From assembly GCA_010909165.1 (NCBI GenBank), contig VJWM01000119.1:1-64000 (forward strand): a stretch of 64,000 nucleotides of DNA. Reading direction: 5' to 3'. Position 1 is the stretch's first letter, and each line of letters starts with the position of its first letter. The notes beneath the pieces were generated by a model, which saw nothing but the letters and a program-made list of their open reading frames with translations, searched no databases and was not told the DNA's origin. This DNA comes from Anthoceros angustus (lineage: Eukaryota > Plantae > Anthocerotophyta). Positions 1 through 12,987 of the stretch are shown here, in pieces. A program made the position numbers and the translations under genes.

Positions 1-195
1 CCTGATCCAGAAACTGTCGCTGAAAGTGCGGTTTTACCTCGTGGGGCAAAACCTGCTGACGGTATCGGGTACCAAATTCATTGATCCGGAAAGTACCGAA
101 TTCGATAACCGCCTGTCGAACAATGGCGCCAACAGTGGCCGGAATTACCCACGCCTTTGTTTTATGGCTGCGGTCTCGACATCACCTTCAAATAA
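1..195 (+). CDS. SusC/RagA TonB-dependent transporter, C-terminal end only
   Basis: VRFYLVGQNLLT..KFIDPE..GRNYP..(Y)GCGLDITFK* is a typical SusC last beta-strand; immediately followed by SusD. Confidence 0.85.
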
Positions 196-205
196 CGATT
201 GCCAA

Positions 206-1798
206 ATGAAAAATATAGTCAACGGTATTGGTTCGCATTGCTTTTCGCCGGTATGCTCGCTACCGGATGCAAAAACTCGACCTGGTACCACCAACAAATT
301 CACCGACGAAACTTTCTGGACAACCCCGGAAAAAGCCTCGACGGTGCTGAGCAAAACCTACTCGCAGATGTACGACCCGGGCTGGTTTTACAACGATGGC
401 ATGAGCGACAATGTACCTATAATGGCCGCGGCGACCAGTATGGCGTCAACTCCATTGCGGCGGGTCTTGCCGATGCCTCGCTGGGCCGTTTCAAAGACGA
501 ATGGAACGCGCATTATGCCTGCATCAAAACCTGTAATATATTTCTCGAGAACATCGACCGCGTGCGGGCATGGACGAAAACCTGCGCAACCGCATGAAGG
601 GAGAAGCGAGGTTTATCCGTGCTTACCAGTTTTCCAACTCTATACCTGGTACGGTGATGTACCGCTGTTCGACCACGACCTCAGCGTGGAAGAAGCCAAA
701 TTGGTGACCCGAAGTCCCCGGCCAGTGTGGTCGATTTTGTGCTCAGCGAACTCGATGCCAGTACGGCTATCCTTCCCTGAATACGGCAATCGCCACCGCC
801 GATCGTGGTCGTGTTTCAAAGGCGCGGCGCAGGCCTGAAAGCGCGCGTGTTGCTCTACGAATCGCGCTGGCCGAAGTGGTCGCCACGCTCGAGCCCTTAA
901 TCAACGGCAACAGCGTGGGCGTATTCCTTGTTCAACAGTTACGAGGGATTATTCCTTCCGGCCAACGAATACAACAGCGAGGTGATTTTTGACCTGCAGA
1001 TGGTTCCCGAAACCCGCACGCAGAATTTTTATTTCGACATGGCCCCGGTGGTGATCGGTGCAAGATTGAACGCACTGGCACCGACGCAGGAACTGGTGAA
1101 CGATTACATCATGCTCAATGGCAAGTCGATAGGCGAACCGGGATCGGGATACAACGAAGACGATCCGTATACTGACCGGGATCCGCGTTTTACCAGACCA
1201 TCGTGTACAATGGTGGCACCTGGAAAAGCCCGATGGCAGTTTGCAGGAAATCAATACGAGTCCCGGGTCGGCACCGACGGGTATGCGCCCGAGGCACCAG
1301 TTCACCTACGGCTTATTATTTCCGCAAATATTACGACCCGGCTTCCATCAACAATTTCAACAGCGGGCTGAACCTGATCCTTATCCGCTACGCCGATGTT
1401 TTGCTGATGTACGCAGAAGCCAAAACGAACTGAACCAGCTGGACGCTACGGTGTGGGACCAGACCATTGGTGCCCTCCGCCGCCGCGCCGGATTTACCCA
1501 GGCCACTGCCGTCAATTTTGATGCCGCGCAGAACCAGGCCGGGTTACGGTCGATCGTTCGCCGTGAACGCCGCGCCGAGCTGGCCCTCGAAGGATTGCGG
1601 GTGTTTGACATCCGCCGCTGGCGCACTGCCGAGCAGGTGTTGAACGGCTGGGCACATGGGGCCCGGTTTGGCGAACCTAATTGACAACGGATACATCCAG
1701 GCCAACCAGCGCAGTTTCGATGCCGGTAAGCACTACCTGTGGCCATCCCGCGCGACGAAAGAAACCTCAATACAACTCAGCCAGAACCTGGCTGGTAA
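206..1798 (+). CDS. SusD/RagB nutrient-binding lipoprotein (frameshifted)
   Basis: Lipobox-like LATGC; YGDVPL, IRYADVLLMYAEA, RRERRAELALEGLRVFDIRRW, terminal QNLGW across frames. Confidence 0.92.
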
Positions 1799-1821
1799 CC
1801 ATTAACCTCGAAAACAAAAAC

Positions 1822-2949
1822 ATGAAAAAGTTTTTCAATACATACTGCGCAGTTTGTTGCTCGCCGCGCATTTTGCCGGTTGCACGAAGACAAAACCTCG
1901 ATCACACCAAGGTGACCGAAGTGACCAATATTTTCACGCCCGAAGACAATCTCTCGGTGAAACTGCAACCCACCACTTCGGCCAGCGTGGTGTTTGAATG
2001 GGAGCAGGCGCGGGCAGAAGACGGCGGACTGGTCATGTATGAAGTCGTTTCGCGAAATCCGACGGCGATTTCGCCACACCGGTGTACACGGTGATCTCCG
2101 ATAACGGCGGTGTGTACAACAAGGCCACCATCACCCACAAAACACTGAACAATATCGCTGCGCTGGCAGGCATCGAATCATTGTCGACCGGCCAGCTGAA
2201 ATGGACCGTGGTGTCTTCTAAAGGCATCAATGCCATCAGGTCGAGCGTGGTGCGTACCATCCAGGTGGAAAGGCCGGCCGGTTTCTCCGAAATCCCTGCT
2301 GACCTGTACATCACCGGTGATGCCACCGAAGGTGGTGCTGACCTGGTGAATGCCCAACAGCTCAAACAAACGGCCAACGGCATTTTCGAAATTTATACTT
2401 CACTGAAAGCCGGCAGCTGGCAACTGGCCAGCGGCAAAACCGGTACACCCACACTGTACGGCGTAACGGGAACCGCTATCAAGGAGGGTGAATCCGCAAC
2501 GGTTACCGGTGATACCAAAGTGTACAAACTCGTGTTCGATTTCAATAATGCGGCTTTCACACAAACAGAAGTGAAAGAAGTGGCGCTCTGGTTTGCGCTG
2601 AACAATACCACCCTGTTCACGCTGCCATGCCGGCAATGGTCAGTTCAAGGCGGAGAATGTAACGGTGGAGTTCCGGCAGGAGAGCTGGGGCCGCGACGAA
2701 AGGTATAAGTTCCGCATGCACGGTGAACGATGGTACCGAAGACAGCTATGTGTGGTTGGGCAGCAATGCCGACAATTCCCGTCCCACGGCCGATGCTGCA
2801 CCCGCCTACTGGTACCTCTTCAACATCGTGAACAACGACCAGTGGAACTACTGCTATAAATTCCAGACCGAAGCCGATAGTGTACCCATCGACGTTACCC
2901 TCCTTTTTCGACCACACAACCGTATACCCATATCATCCATATCCGGTAA
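1822..2949 (+). CDS. SusE/SusF-like outer-membrane glycan-binding lipoprotein
   Basis: Follows SusD; VVFEWEQARAEDGGLVMYEV, LKWTVVSSKG, LYITGDATEGG resemble SusE-domain proteins. Confidence 0.75.
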
Positions 2950-2961
2950 AACAGCAACCGT

Positions 2962-4102
2962 ATGAAAAACAATCCTCGCAGCAGGCCTGGTTTGCGCCAT
3001 GGCCTCCTGCGTCAAAAACTACGATGATGTGATCATCACCGAAGACACTTCGGGGCTTGATAAATACCCGGTGAGCTGGGCCGCGGCAGCCGACAGCAGC
3101 AGCCGTTCGCTCGTGGCGAATTTCTTCAATGTGCAGGCAAATATTTCCAACCGGAACAATGGCGGCGATGCCGGTTTCGGCTACTGGCCACAGGCCCATG
3201 CGCTGGATGTACTGGTCGACCAATACCGCACCAACGACGCCGATGCGCGCGCTAAAATGGATGCTTCGAAGGAGTTCGCGTGAAAAACAACAATGGCTGG
3301 CTGAATGGGTTTTACGACGATATGGACTGGAATGCCCTGGCGATGCTGCGTGCTTACCAGGCCACGAACGACAGTAAGTTCAAAGGCGCCGTTGATGAAT
3401 TGTGGGCCGACATCAAAACCGGCTGGAACGACAATATGGGTGGTGGCATCGCACGGCGCAAATCGATGCCGGCGTGCAAAAACACGCCCGCAAACGCACC
3501 GGCGGCCATCCTGGCGGCCAGGCTCTACCAGTTGTCGGGCAACGGCGATGACCTGCAATGGGCGGAAAAATTTACCAGTGGAACAAAGACAGCCTTTTGA
3601 AGCCGGAACCGGCTGGGTGATGGATGGCATCAACAACAGGGGAGACGGCCAGCGCGACCTCTGAAATTCACGTATAACCAGGGAACATTCATTGGCGCTG
3701 CACTGGAACTGTACAATGTTACTAAAAGTGCGGTTTTACTTCAACGATGCCATCAAAGCAGCGAGTTATACCTTGGGTGATGCGACCTTGTCGAATTCAA
3801 CCGACCGCCTGCTGCGTGATGAAGGCGAGGGCGATGGCGGCCTGTTCAAGGGGTTTTGTGCGGTACTTCACGCCGCTGATCCAGCACCCCGACCTGCCCG
3901 ATGCCTACCGTAAAAGGTATATTTCTTACCTGAAACACAATGCAGAATACCTTTGGTTTTCCGGTACGGCAAAACCTGCCGTATTGTATTTGGTACGTAC
4001 TGGAAGAACAAACCCGGCGCCACTACCGACCTTACCACGCAATTGAGCGGAGCGATGCTGCTGGCGGCGGCGAAACTGGAACAAAACAACCTGTTTGAAT
4101 GA
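2962..4102 (+). CDS. GH76 endo-alpha-1,6-mannanase, lipoprotein
   Basis: YWPQAHALD, catalytic FYDDMDW, KNTPANAP, FTYNQGTFIG, GDGGLFKG motifs. Confidence 0.9.
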
Positions 4103-5170
4103 AGACATTACTGGCGGCAGCTGCCCACTTTGACCACCGGCACCACACTGGCGCAGTCAACAGGAGCCTGGCTACAAGAAGCACAAGCTCTGGAAAAGTC
4201 GATTGAAAAGAATTTTTCCTGCCAGAGACTGGTTACTACCGGGAACACACCGCCGCTGCAAAAATGAAAAGCCGGTGTCTTACCTCTGGCCAATCTGCGG
4301 GCTCATCCAGGCCGATCATGAACTGGAGCGGGCCTACAGTGATACCGGTCGCCTGCAAAGGCGGTGGAATTTTGTGCAACGGTATTACGATCCGCGGCCA
4401 CCCGCTCCGGCATACGCCTTATCCGCCGGAAAAAGGTGGTGGCGACCGGTTTTACGACGACAACCAATGGATTGGTATTGCGCTGATGGATGGATACAGA
4501 CCACCGCAAAGCGGAATGGCTCGCCGGCGGCGAGCTGATCTACCGGTTCATGCGATGACGGCTTACGATACCGCCAGCGGCGGCGGACTGTATTGGCAGG
4601 AAGGCAAATGGACCAGCAAGAATACCTGTTCCAATGGTCCCGGTATCATACTCGCCCTGCAACTGCACCAGGCCACCGGCAAACAAGCCTACCTCGATAC
4701 GGCGCTGCTGCTGTACAACTGGGTGAACAAATATTTGAGAGACGAGCAGGGACTTTACCTCGATAACATCTCCATTCCCCAACGAAAGGTAGACCAGCGG
4801 CGCTACAGTTACAATACCGGCACCATGTTGCACCGAACTCTACCTGTGACCAGGCTACCAAAAGCCGGAATACCTGCAGGAAGCCAAACGCATTGCAGCA
4901 GTGGGCGCAAAGTATTTTCTGCAACAAGGAAAATTCCGCGACGGCTACTGGTTCAACGCCGTGCTGCTGCGCGGGTATGAACACCTGGCCAGCATCGACA
5001 AAAATCCCGCTTACCTGAAACAGTTTGCGGTTTGCGCCAGAACGGCCATCGCCCAACAACGCAATGCCGATGGATTGTACACCGAAAAAGACCATGCTGA
5101 CCTCACCAACCAGGCCGGAATGTTGGAAATATTGGCCCGGCTGGCTTACCTTGACAATTTCAATTCTGAT
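4099..5170 (+). CDS. GH76 glycoside hydrolase (second copy)
   Basis: SYLWP, RFYDDNQWIG, GGGLYW, SKNTCSNGPG, YSYNTGTML, WFNAVLLRG. Confidence 0.9.
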
Positions 5171-5174
5171 TCTC

Positions 5175-6450
5175 ATGCACAGAAGACATTTCCTGAAACA
5201 GACTTCTTGGCTACTGCTGGTATTGTAGCTGCATCCACCTCCTGGGCGCTGGCGCCCGGTAATGATTTTCCCGTGGTGCGGACCCGCTCGCACAACGCAA
5301 ATTCAGCAGCAAGGCAGTGGAAGCGCTGATCACCCAGGTGAAATCGGCCATCGGCAACAAGTCGCCTGGCTGTTCGAAAACTGTTCCAATACACTCGATA
5401 CCACGGTTGATTTCGAAACCATCGATGGCAAAACCCGATACCTATGTGATTACGGGCGATATCGACGCGATGTGGCTGCGCGACAGCTCCGCACAGGTGT
5501 GGCCCTATATCCCGCTCTGCCATACCGATCCCGAACTGAAACAACTGATCAAAGGTGTGATCAACCGCCGGGTGAAATGCATTCTGAAAGACCCTTATGC
5601 GAACGCATTTTACAAAGACGAATCCAAAGTGTCGGAATGGAAAGAGACCGACATCACCGATATGAAACCGGGCATTCACGAACGCAAATGGAGATCGATT
5701 CACTCTGTTATCCCATCCGACTGGCACACGGCTACTGGAAAGAAACCGGCGATACGTCGGTGTTTGATGCGCAGTGGCTCGACGCGATGAAAAGCATCGT
5801 GAAAACCTTCCGTGAACAACAAAGAATCAACGGCAAAGGACCATACAGTTTCCAGCGTAAAACTGCCTGGGCCACCGACGGTGTGCCCATGGCCGGTTAC
5901 GGTTATCCCGCGAAAGCGAACGGGCTGATCTGTTCCATGTTCCGCCCCAGCGACGATGCCACGATTTATCCTTATCTCATCCCAGCAATTTCTTCGCCGT
6001 CCGTTCGCTGCGCCAGATGGCCGAGCTGTTGAAAAGCCGCCGGCAAACCTGCAGCAGACGCACTGGCCGCCACTGCACTGGCCGATGAAGTGCAGAAAGC
6101 GCTGGCACAACACGCCATCACCACCCATCCGAAATTCGGTAAAGTATACGCGTACGAGACCAATGGTTTTCGCAGCTTCAACCTGATGGACGATGCCAAT
6201 ATTCCTTCGCTATTGTCATTGCCTGGCGGTATCACGGTGGCCGATCCGTATACCAGTCGACCAGGAAATATGTGCTGTCGACCGAGAACCCTTCTTTTCC
6301 AGGGCAAGGCGCTTGCCGGTATTGGCGGCCCGCACATCGGGCTCGATATGGTATGGCCGATGAGTATCGTGATGCGTGGCATCACCAGCAACGACGCCAC
6401 CGAAATCAAGAACTGTATTACCGCATTGCAGCATTGCCATGCAGGGAACC
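5175..6450 (+). CDS. GH125 exo-alpha-1,6-mannosidase, Tat signal, C-terminus missing
   Basis: MHRRHFLK Tat motif; TYVITGDIDAMWLRDS, DPYANAF, EIDSLCYP, SMFRPSDDA, MDDANIPSLLSLP, GIGGPH; stops resembling the family after HCHAG. Confidence 0.9.
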
Positions 6451-6498
6451 CAATTCAGTGTTATTGGCTTATCTTGCCGGTCCGAACACCGAAGACGA

Positions 6499-8765
6499 GT
6501 GAAATACCTCATGGGCATGCTGTTGCTGGCTGCCCTTCAGCCCGTTGGTGCACAAGACGTGGGTGCATTACCGATCCGGTAGAGTGGGTGAATCCTGATG
6601 GGCGCAGATTCCAAACCCTTGTTGTCTAACGGTAATACCTATCCCGCCATCGCTTTGCCCTGGGGCATGAATTTCTGGACGCCGCAGACCGGTAAAATGG
6701 GGGATGGCTGGGCCTACCAGTATGCTGCCGATAAAATCCGCGGTTTCAAACAGACGCACCAGCCTTCACCCTGGATGAACGACTATGGCCAGTTCTCCAT
6801 CATGCCCGTGGCCGGCAAGCTGGCCATTGACCAGGATGAACGCGCGAGCTGGTTTTCGCACAAAGCCGAAATCGCCGCCTTATTATTACAGTGTTTACCT
6901 GGCCGATTACAATGTGACCACCGAAATCGCCCCCACCGAAAGAGCGGCCCAGTTCCGTTTCACTTTCCCGGCGGAGATTCTTCGTTTGTGGTGATCGATG
7001 CATTCGACAAAGGCTCCTACGTAAAGATCATTCCCGGTGAACAAACCGTGATCGGTTATACCACCCGCAACAGCGGCAGCGTGCCCGCAGATTTCAAGAA
7101 TTATTTCGTCATCAAATTCGACAAACCCTTTACTTTCTCCAGTGCCTGAGGGCAATCAATTGTCGAAGGATACACTCGAACTGCAGGCAGATCATGCCGG
7201 CGCCGTGGTTGGTTTCAATATGGGCAAAGGCGAAAACTCAACGCCCGGGTAGCTTCTTCGTTCATCAGTTTCGAACAGGCTTCGCTGAACCTGGCGCGTG
7301 AACTGGCGAGTGATGATTTTGAGCAGACCAGGAAAAAGCCAAAGCGGCCTGAACAAACAATTGGGTCGACTGTCGGCCGAAGGCGGTACGATCGACCAGA
7401 TGCGCACTTTCTATTCGTGCCTGTACCGCACCATCCAGTTTCCGCAGAAACACTATGAACTGGATGCCAGCGGTAAAATCGTGCATTACAGTCCCTACAC
7501 CGGAAAAACCATGCCTGGCTATTTCTTTGCGGCACCGGTTTCTGGGATACTTTCCGCGCACTCTATCCTTTCCTGAACCTCGTCACCCCTCCATCAATAC
7601 CGAAATGCAGGAAGGCCTGGTGAACTGTTACCTCGAGGGTGGTTTCCTGCCCGAGTGGAGCAGCCCGGGTTTCCGTTCAGTGATGGTCGGTAACAACTCG
7701 GCTTCAGTGGTTGCCGATGCCTATACCAAAGGTTTGCGCGGGTACGACATCAACAAACTGTATGAAGCCTGCTGCACGGCGCCAACAACGAAGGCCCGGT
7801 GGAAGCCGTTGGCCGCAGGGCGTGGCGTTTACAACAAACTCGGCTGTCCCTATGACGTGAAGATCAACGAGAATGCCGCACGCACCCTCGAATATGCGTA
7901 CGATGATTTCACCATCTACCAGCTGGGCAAGCAACTGAACCGCCCGAAAAGGAGCTGGACCTCTACGCGAAACGCGCGATGAATTACAAGAATCTTTCGA
8001 TCCGCAATACAAACTGATGCGTGGCCGAAACAAAGACGGTAGTTTCAGTCGCCCTTCAACCCTTCAAATGGGAGATGCATTCACCGAAGGCAACAGCTGG
8101 CATTATTCCTGGAGCGTGTTTCACGACATTGCCGGTCTCGCGAAACTGATGGGGGCCGCGAAGCCTTCGCCGCTAAACTGGATTCGGTGTTCACCATGCC
8201 ACCGGTATTTGACGATTCGTATTACGGGTTCGTTATCCATGAAATCCACGAAATGCAGATCATGAATATGGGACAGTATGCGCACGGCAATCAGCCCATA
8301 CAGCACATGATCTATCTCTACAATTATGTGGGTCAGCCCTGGAAAACGCAATACTGGGTGCGCGAAGTCATGAACAAGCTGTACAAGGCTTCACCCGACG
8401 GGTACTGCGGCGATGAAGACAATGGCCAGACCTCGGCCTGGTATGTATTCAGCGCCATGGGCTTACCCGGTTTGCCCGCGACCGACCAGTATGTGCTCGG
8501 AACACCACTGTTCAAAAAACTGACCCTCAACCAGGAAAACGGCAAACAACTGGTGATCCGCGCGGCCAACAGCAATGCGGAAAACCTGTATGTACAGTCG
8601 GTGTTGCTGAACGGTAAAACCTGGAACAACAACTGGGTGTCGCATACCGGGTTACAACAGGGTGGGGTAATCGATTTCAATTTGTCGGCCGACCCGTCGC
8701 GCACCCGCGGAACCGGTGCCGATGCCGATCCGTATTCGTTTTCTGTGCACGAGAAACGCAAATAA
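6499..8765 (+). CDS. GH92 alpha-mannosidase
   Basis: NGNTYPAIALPWGMNFWTPQT, THQPSPWMNDYG, MVGNNS, RTLEYAYDD, FTEGNSWHYSW, HGNQP, GDEDNGQTSAWYVFSAMG. Confidence 0.95.
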
Positions 8766-8811
8766 TTGCCTATTTTAATCGCTGTTAAGCACCAACGCCA
8801 ACAGTGATTGC

Positions 8812-11800
8812 ATGTCTTTCTTGCGTAATATAGTTTGTTGCCTTCTGCTGGCTGCCGGTTTTACTTCGGTAGCCCAGCAGAAGGAATACAGCTTCGCCAA
8901 TATCGATATCCAGCAGGGCCTTTCCGGCAACCAGGTCAATTCCGTTTTTAAAGATTCCAAAGGTTTTATGTGGTTTGGTACCCTCTCGGGACTGAACCGC
9001 CACGATGGCTATCATTTCCGCGTATTCCGGCACGAGGACGGAGATACGGCCACCCTGCTCGACGACAATATCGTTCGCGTTTTGAAGGGCCCCACCAGAA
9101 ACTCTGGATCCAGTCGCAAAGCAATTTCAGCATCTACGACCAGCTAACGGAAAAGATCACCCGCAATGCGGCAGGCTATTTCCAGTGGGCGGGACTTCCG
9201 GCCGATGGCTTTCTCCATTCTCCGTTACAACGACGCCTGGTATTTTATTTATGCCAACGCCGGCATTTACGAATACCGCGAAGGCGGCAAAGTGCGCCAC
9301 CTGAAACAATCGGTGTTGCAGAACCATTCCACCAACCCGATCACCGGTGCCGGCCTCGATTCGAAGGGTATTGCTGGCTGGTGCGCTACAACGGCATGAT
9401 GGAAAAATTGACCTGGAGCAGGACCGCCAGCTGTTGCATACCGACCTGTTTACGCGACAGGATATTCGGCCGCAGACCGGGTTCAGTTACGCGATGGTGA
9501 TCGACAGCACGACGACATCTGGCTGTTCCAGCGTGGCACCCTGGCCGGCATTTATCGCTACCAGACAAGCCTGAACCAGATCAAACGCTACCATACCGGC
9601 AGTGTACCCGCATTGAGCAACAATTCCATCAACTGCGTCAGTGAAGACGGGCATGGACAGATCTGGATCGGTACCGATCACGGCGGACTCAATATTTTCG
9701 ATAAAAACACGGAATCGATCACCGTGTTGCTGAACACGCCCAACCAGCACAAATCGATTGCCGATGAAGCCATCAATGCGGTGTACCGCGATGACCAGGG
9801 CATCATGTGGCTGGCAACGAATAAGAAAGGCATCAACTACTTTGATGAACGCACCACGCAGTTTCCACTGTATTCGCAAACGGCAAACGGCTCGCGCAAT
9901 ATTCCCTTCAGCGATGTAAATGCATTTGTGGAAGACGACAAAGGCAATTGGTGGATCGGCACCAATGGCGGCGGCGGACTGATTTATTACGACCGCAGCC
10001 GGCAGACCTATACCACTTACCGGCACCAGCCGGGAATGCGAACAGCCTCACCAATGATGTGGTGGTATCGCTGCTGATCGACCGCAACAACAAATTATGG
10101 ATCGGTACCTATCTCGGTGGAATGGATTGTTACGACGGCAACACTTTCCGGCATTTCAAACACAACCCCGACGACCCGCAGAGCATCGCCGACGACCGGG
10201 TTTTCTCTGTATGAAGACCGTTCGGGCAACCTGTGGGTGGGCACCAATAATTACGGGCTCGACCGGTACGACCGAAAAAGAATATTTTCTATCACCACAT
10301 GCCGTCGATCCCGCAAAGCCTGCATTCGCCCAATGTGACCTCCATTACGGAAGATGCACGCGGCAATTTGTGGGTGGGCACGGCCTGGGGCATCGATGTG
10401 CTCGACAAAGGATCAGGTCGTTCATTCACTACCTGAAGGAAAATTGAAACTCAGCTACAATACCGTCAACGATATACTGGAAGACCATGCGGGCAATATC
10501 TGGGTGGCCACCAACAGCGGACTGAACGTGATGCCCAAGGGCAAGAACAGTTTTATTTCCTTTTATGTGCGCGACGGCCTGGCCAATAACACCGTGCTGG
10601 ACATGCTGGAAGACGACCAGCATTACATCTGGGTGAGTTCCAAATCGGGTGTTACGCGCATTGTGGTGGCCGACAAAGGGAAGAACTGGTCGATCCGATG
10701 CATCAACTACAATGAATTGACGGATTGCAGGGAGGGAATTCAACCGTTTCGCCGCGATGAAAACGCGCAAAGGCGAACTGGTTTTCGGTGGCGCGAATGG
10801 GTTCAATGCCTTTCACCCGGCCAGTATAAGAAACGATCACCGAGTACCACCGCTGGTGCTGACGGGTTTCAGTTTGTTCAACCAGCCACTGGTGGCGGGT
10901 GCCTGTTACAATGGTCGTGCGGTGCTGGAAGGCAGCATCGGCACGGTGAAAGGGCTGCGGCTCAAACACAACGAAAACGATTTCTCTTTTCAATTTGCCG
11001 CGCTGGAATTCATCCAGACCAACAAGATCAGGTATGCCTACCAGCTGGAAGGCTTCAATAAAGACTGGATCTTTACCGACGGGCAGCAGGCCACCTATAC
11101 CAATATTGATCCGGGAACCTACACGTTCCTCGTAAAAGCCACGAACGAAGACGGTACCTGGAACGAGGCCGGCATGATTCGGTTACCATCCACCGTATTG
11201 TCGCCCGGTGGCAAACGCCGGTGGCTTATATAGCCTATGCCTGCTGGTGGCGACGCTGTTGTACCTCGGCCGGGCGGCCATCATCAAGCGCGAAAACTCA
11301 ATTACCAGATCACCGCCGAGCGCGAACAGGCCCGGCGCCTGCACGAGCTCGACCTGATGAAGATCCGTTTCTTCACCAATGTGAGCCACGAATTCAAAAC
11401 GCCGTTGTCGCTCATACTTACCCCGATCGAAAAAATGATCGGGCAACCAAAGATGCGCTGGCGCGTGAGCAACTCCAGCTGATCCAACGCATGCCCGCCG
11501 CCTCCTGAACATGGTGAACCAACTGCTCGATTTCCGCAAGATGGAAGTGAATGAGTTGAGGCTGCACCAGCCAGTCAGACATCGTTCATTTTTAAGAGAA
11601 CTGTCTTACGCCTTTTCCGACCTGGCCGATAAAAACACATTCATTTCAGTTTCCGGTCGGCGGTGGATGAGCTGACCATGGCCTTCGACCACGACAAGAT
11701 GGAGCGCATTCTCTTCAACCTGTTGTCGAACGCCTTCAAGTTTACGCCCGAAAGCGGCACGGTGGAAGTGAAACTGGCGGCTATACCCAAGACGATACCG

Positions 11801-12863
11801 CCTGGTTTGAACTGCTGGTCAAAGACAGCGGCATTGATGCCGAAAAACAGGGCAGGATTTTCGACCGTTTTTCCAGGCCAGTTTGCCGGGAACGTCCTCA
11901 ACCAGGGTTCGGGCATCGGGCTGTCGATCACCCGCGAGTTCGTGGAAATGCATGGCGGCAAGATCACCGTGCAGAGCCAGCCGGGGTTGGGCAGCAGTTT
12001 CAAAGTGTTGTTGCCTGTGGCGCAGGGACTCGCACCGGAACAAGTGGTTATTGAACAGCCTGCGGTTAAGCTTCCCGCAAGCAACCCGTAATATTGCTGG
12101 TAGAAGACAACGACGATTTCCGGTTTTACCTGAAAGAAAACCTGCGCGGCTATTTCACCCTGCTCGAAGCGGTGAACGGAAAGGAGGGCTGGAAAAAGCG
12201 CTGGCCGAGCATCCCGACCTGGTGGTGAGCGACATCAGCATGCCGGTCATGGACGGACTGGAATTGTGCCGGAAAATCAAGACCGACGACCGTACGCGGC
12301 ACCTGCCGGTAATACTACTCACCGCCCTGGCCGACGAACAGCAACAACTGCAGGCCCTGGAGACCGGCCCCAACGACTACCTCACCAAGCCCTTCAACTT
12401 CGAAATATTGTTGTCCAAGATCAAGAACCTGATCCGTTACCAGGAGCAGGTGAAGCGAACCTACCAGAAACAGGTGAGCGGCGCCATCAGAGATCGAGGA
12501 AGACATGCCCGAAAGCGATTTTATACGGAAAGTACTTGCTGTGATCGAAGCCAATATGGCCAATGCCGATTTTCGGTCGACCACCTGCGCCAGGAGCTGC
12601 TGCTGAGCCGCACCAGCATGTACAAAAACTGCTGCACATTACGGGAAAACGCCCATTGAGTTCATCCGCAGCATCCGTTTGCAACGCGCGGCACAGTTGT
12701 TGGAGAAAAGTTCGCACAATGTGACCGAAGTGGCATATATGGTGGGATTTAATAATCCGAAATATTTTGCGCGCTATTTCCGCGACGAATACGGCGTTCT
12801 GCCGAGTTTGTACCTGTTGAACCGGCGGAAAAACCCGGTACCGGTGGACAAGGTGGGGAATGA
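8812..12863 (+). CDS. Hybrid two-component system sensor kinase/response regulator (Reg_prop, YYY, HisKA, HATPase, REC, AraC)
   Basis: DSKGFMWFGT propeller repeats; H-box FFTNVSHEFKTPLSLI; N-box NLLSNAFKFTP; GSGIGLSIT; DISMPVMDG; AraC VTEVAYMVGFNNPKYFARYF. Confidence 0.95.
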
Positions 12864-12916
12864 TTTGATACCCTCAAAAACGTTTTTATACCCCTGCTGC
12901 AACATTCTATCCCGTC
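12859..12916 (+). promoter_or_regulatory. Candidate HTCS operator: three imperfect direct repeats at 20-21 bp period
   Basis: AATGATTTGATACCC (12859), AACGTTTTTATACCC (12879), AACATTCTATCCC (12901) upstream of susC. Confidence 0.55.
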
Positions 12917-12987
12917 AAAGAACAGAACAGGTATCCTGTTTTTTGGGTTGGCATTAATTTAGGCCAGTATTCACTAATTGCTTGTGT

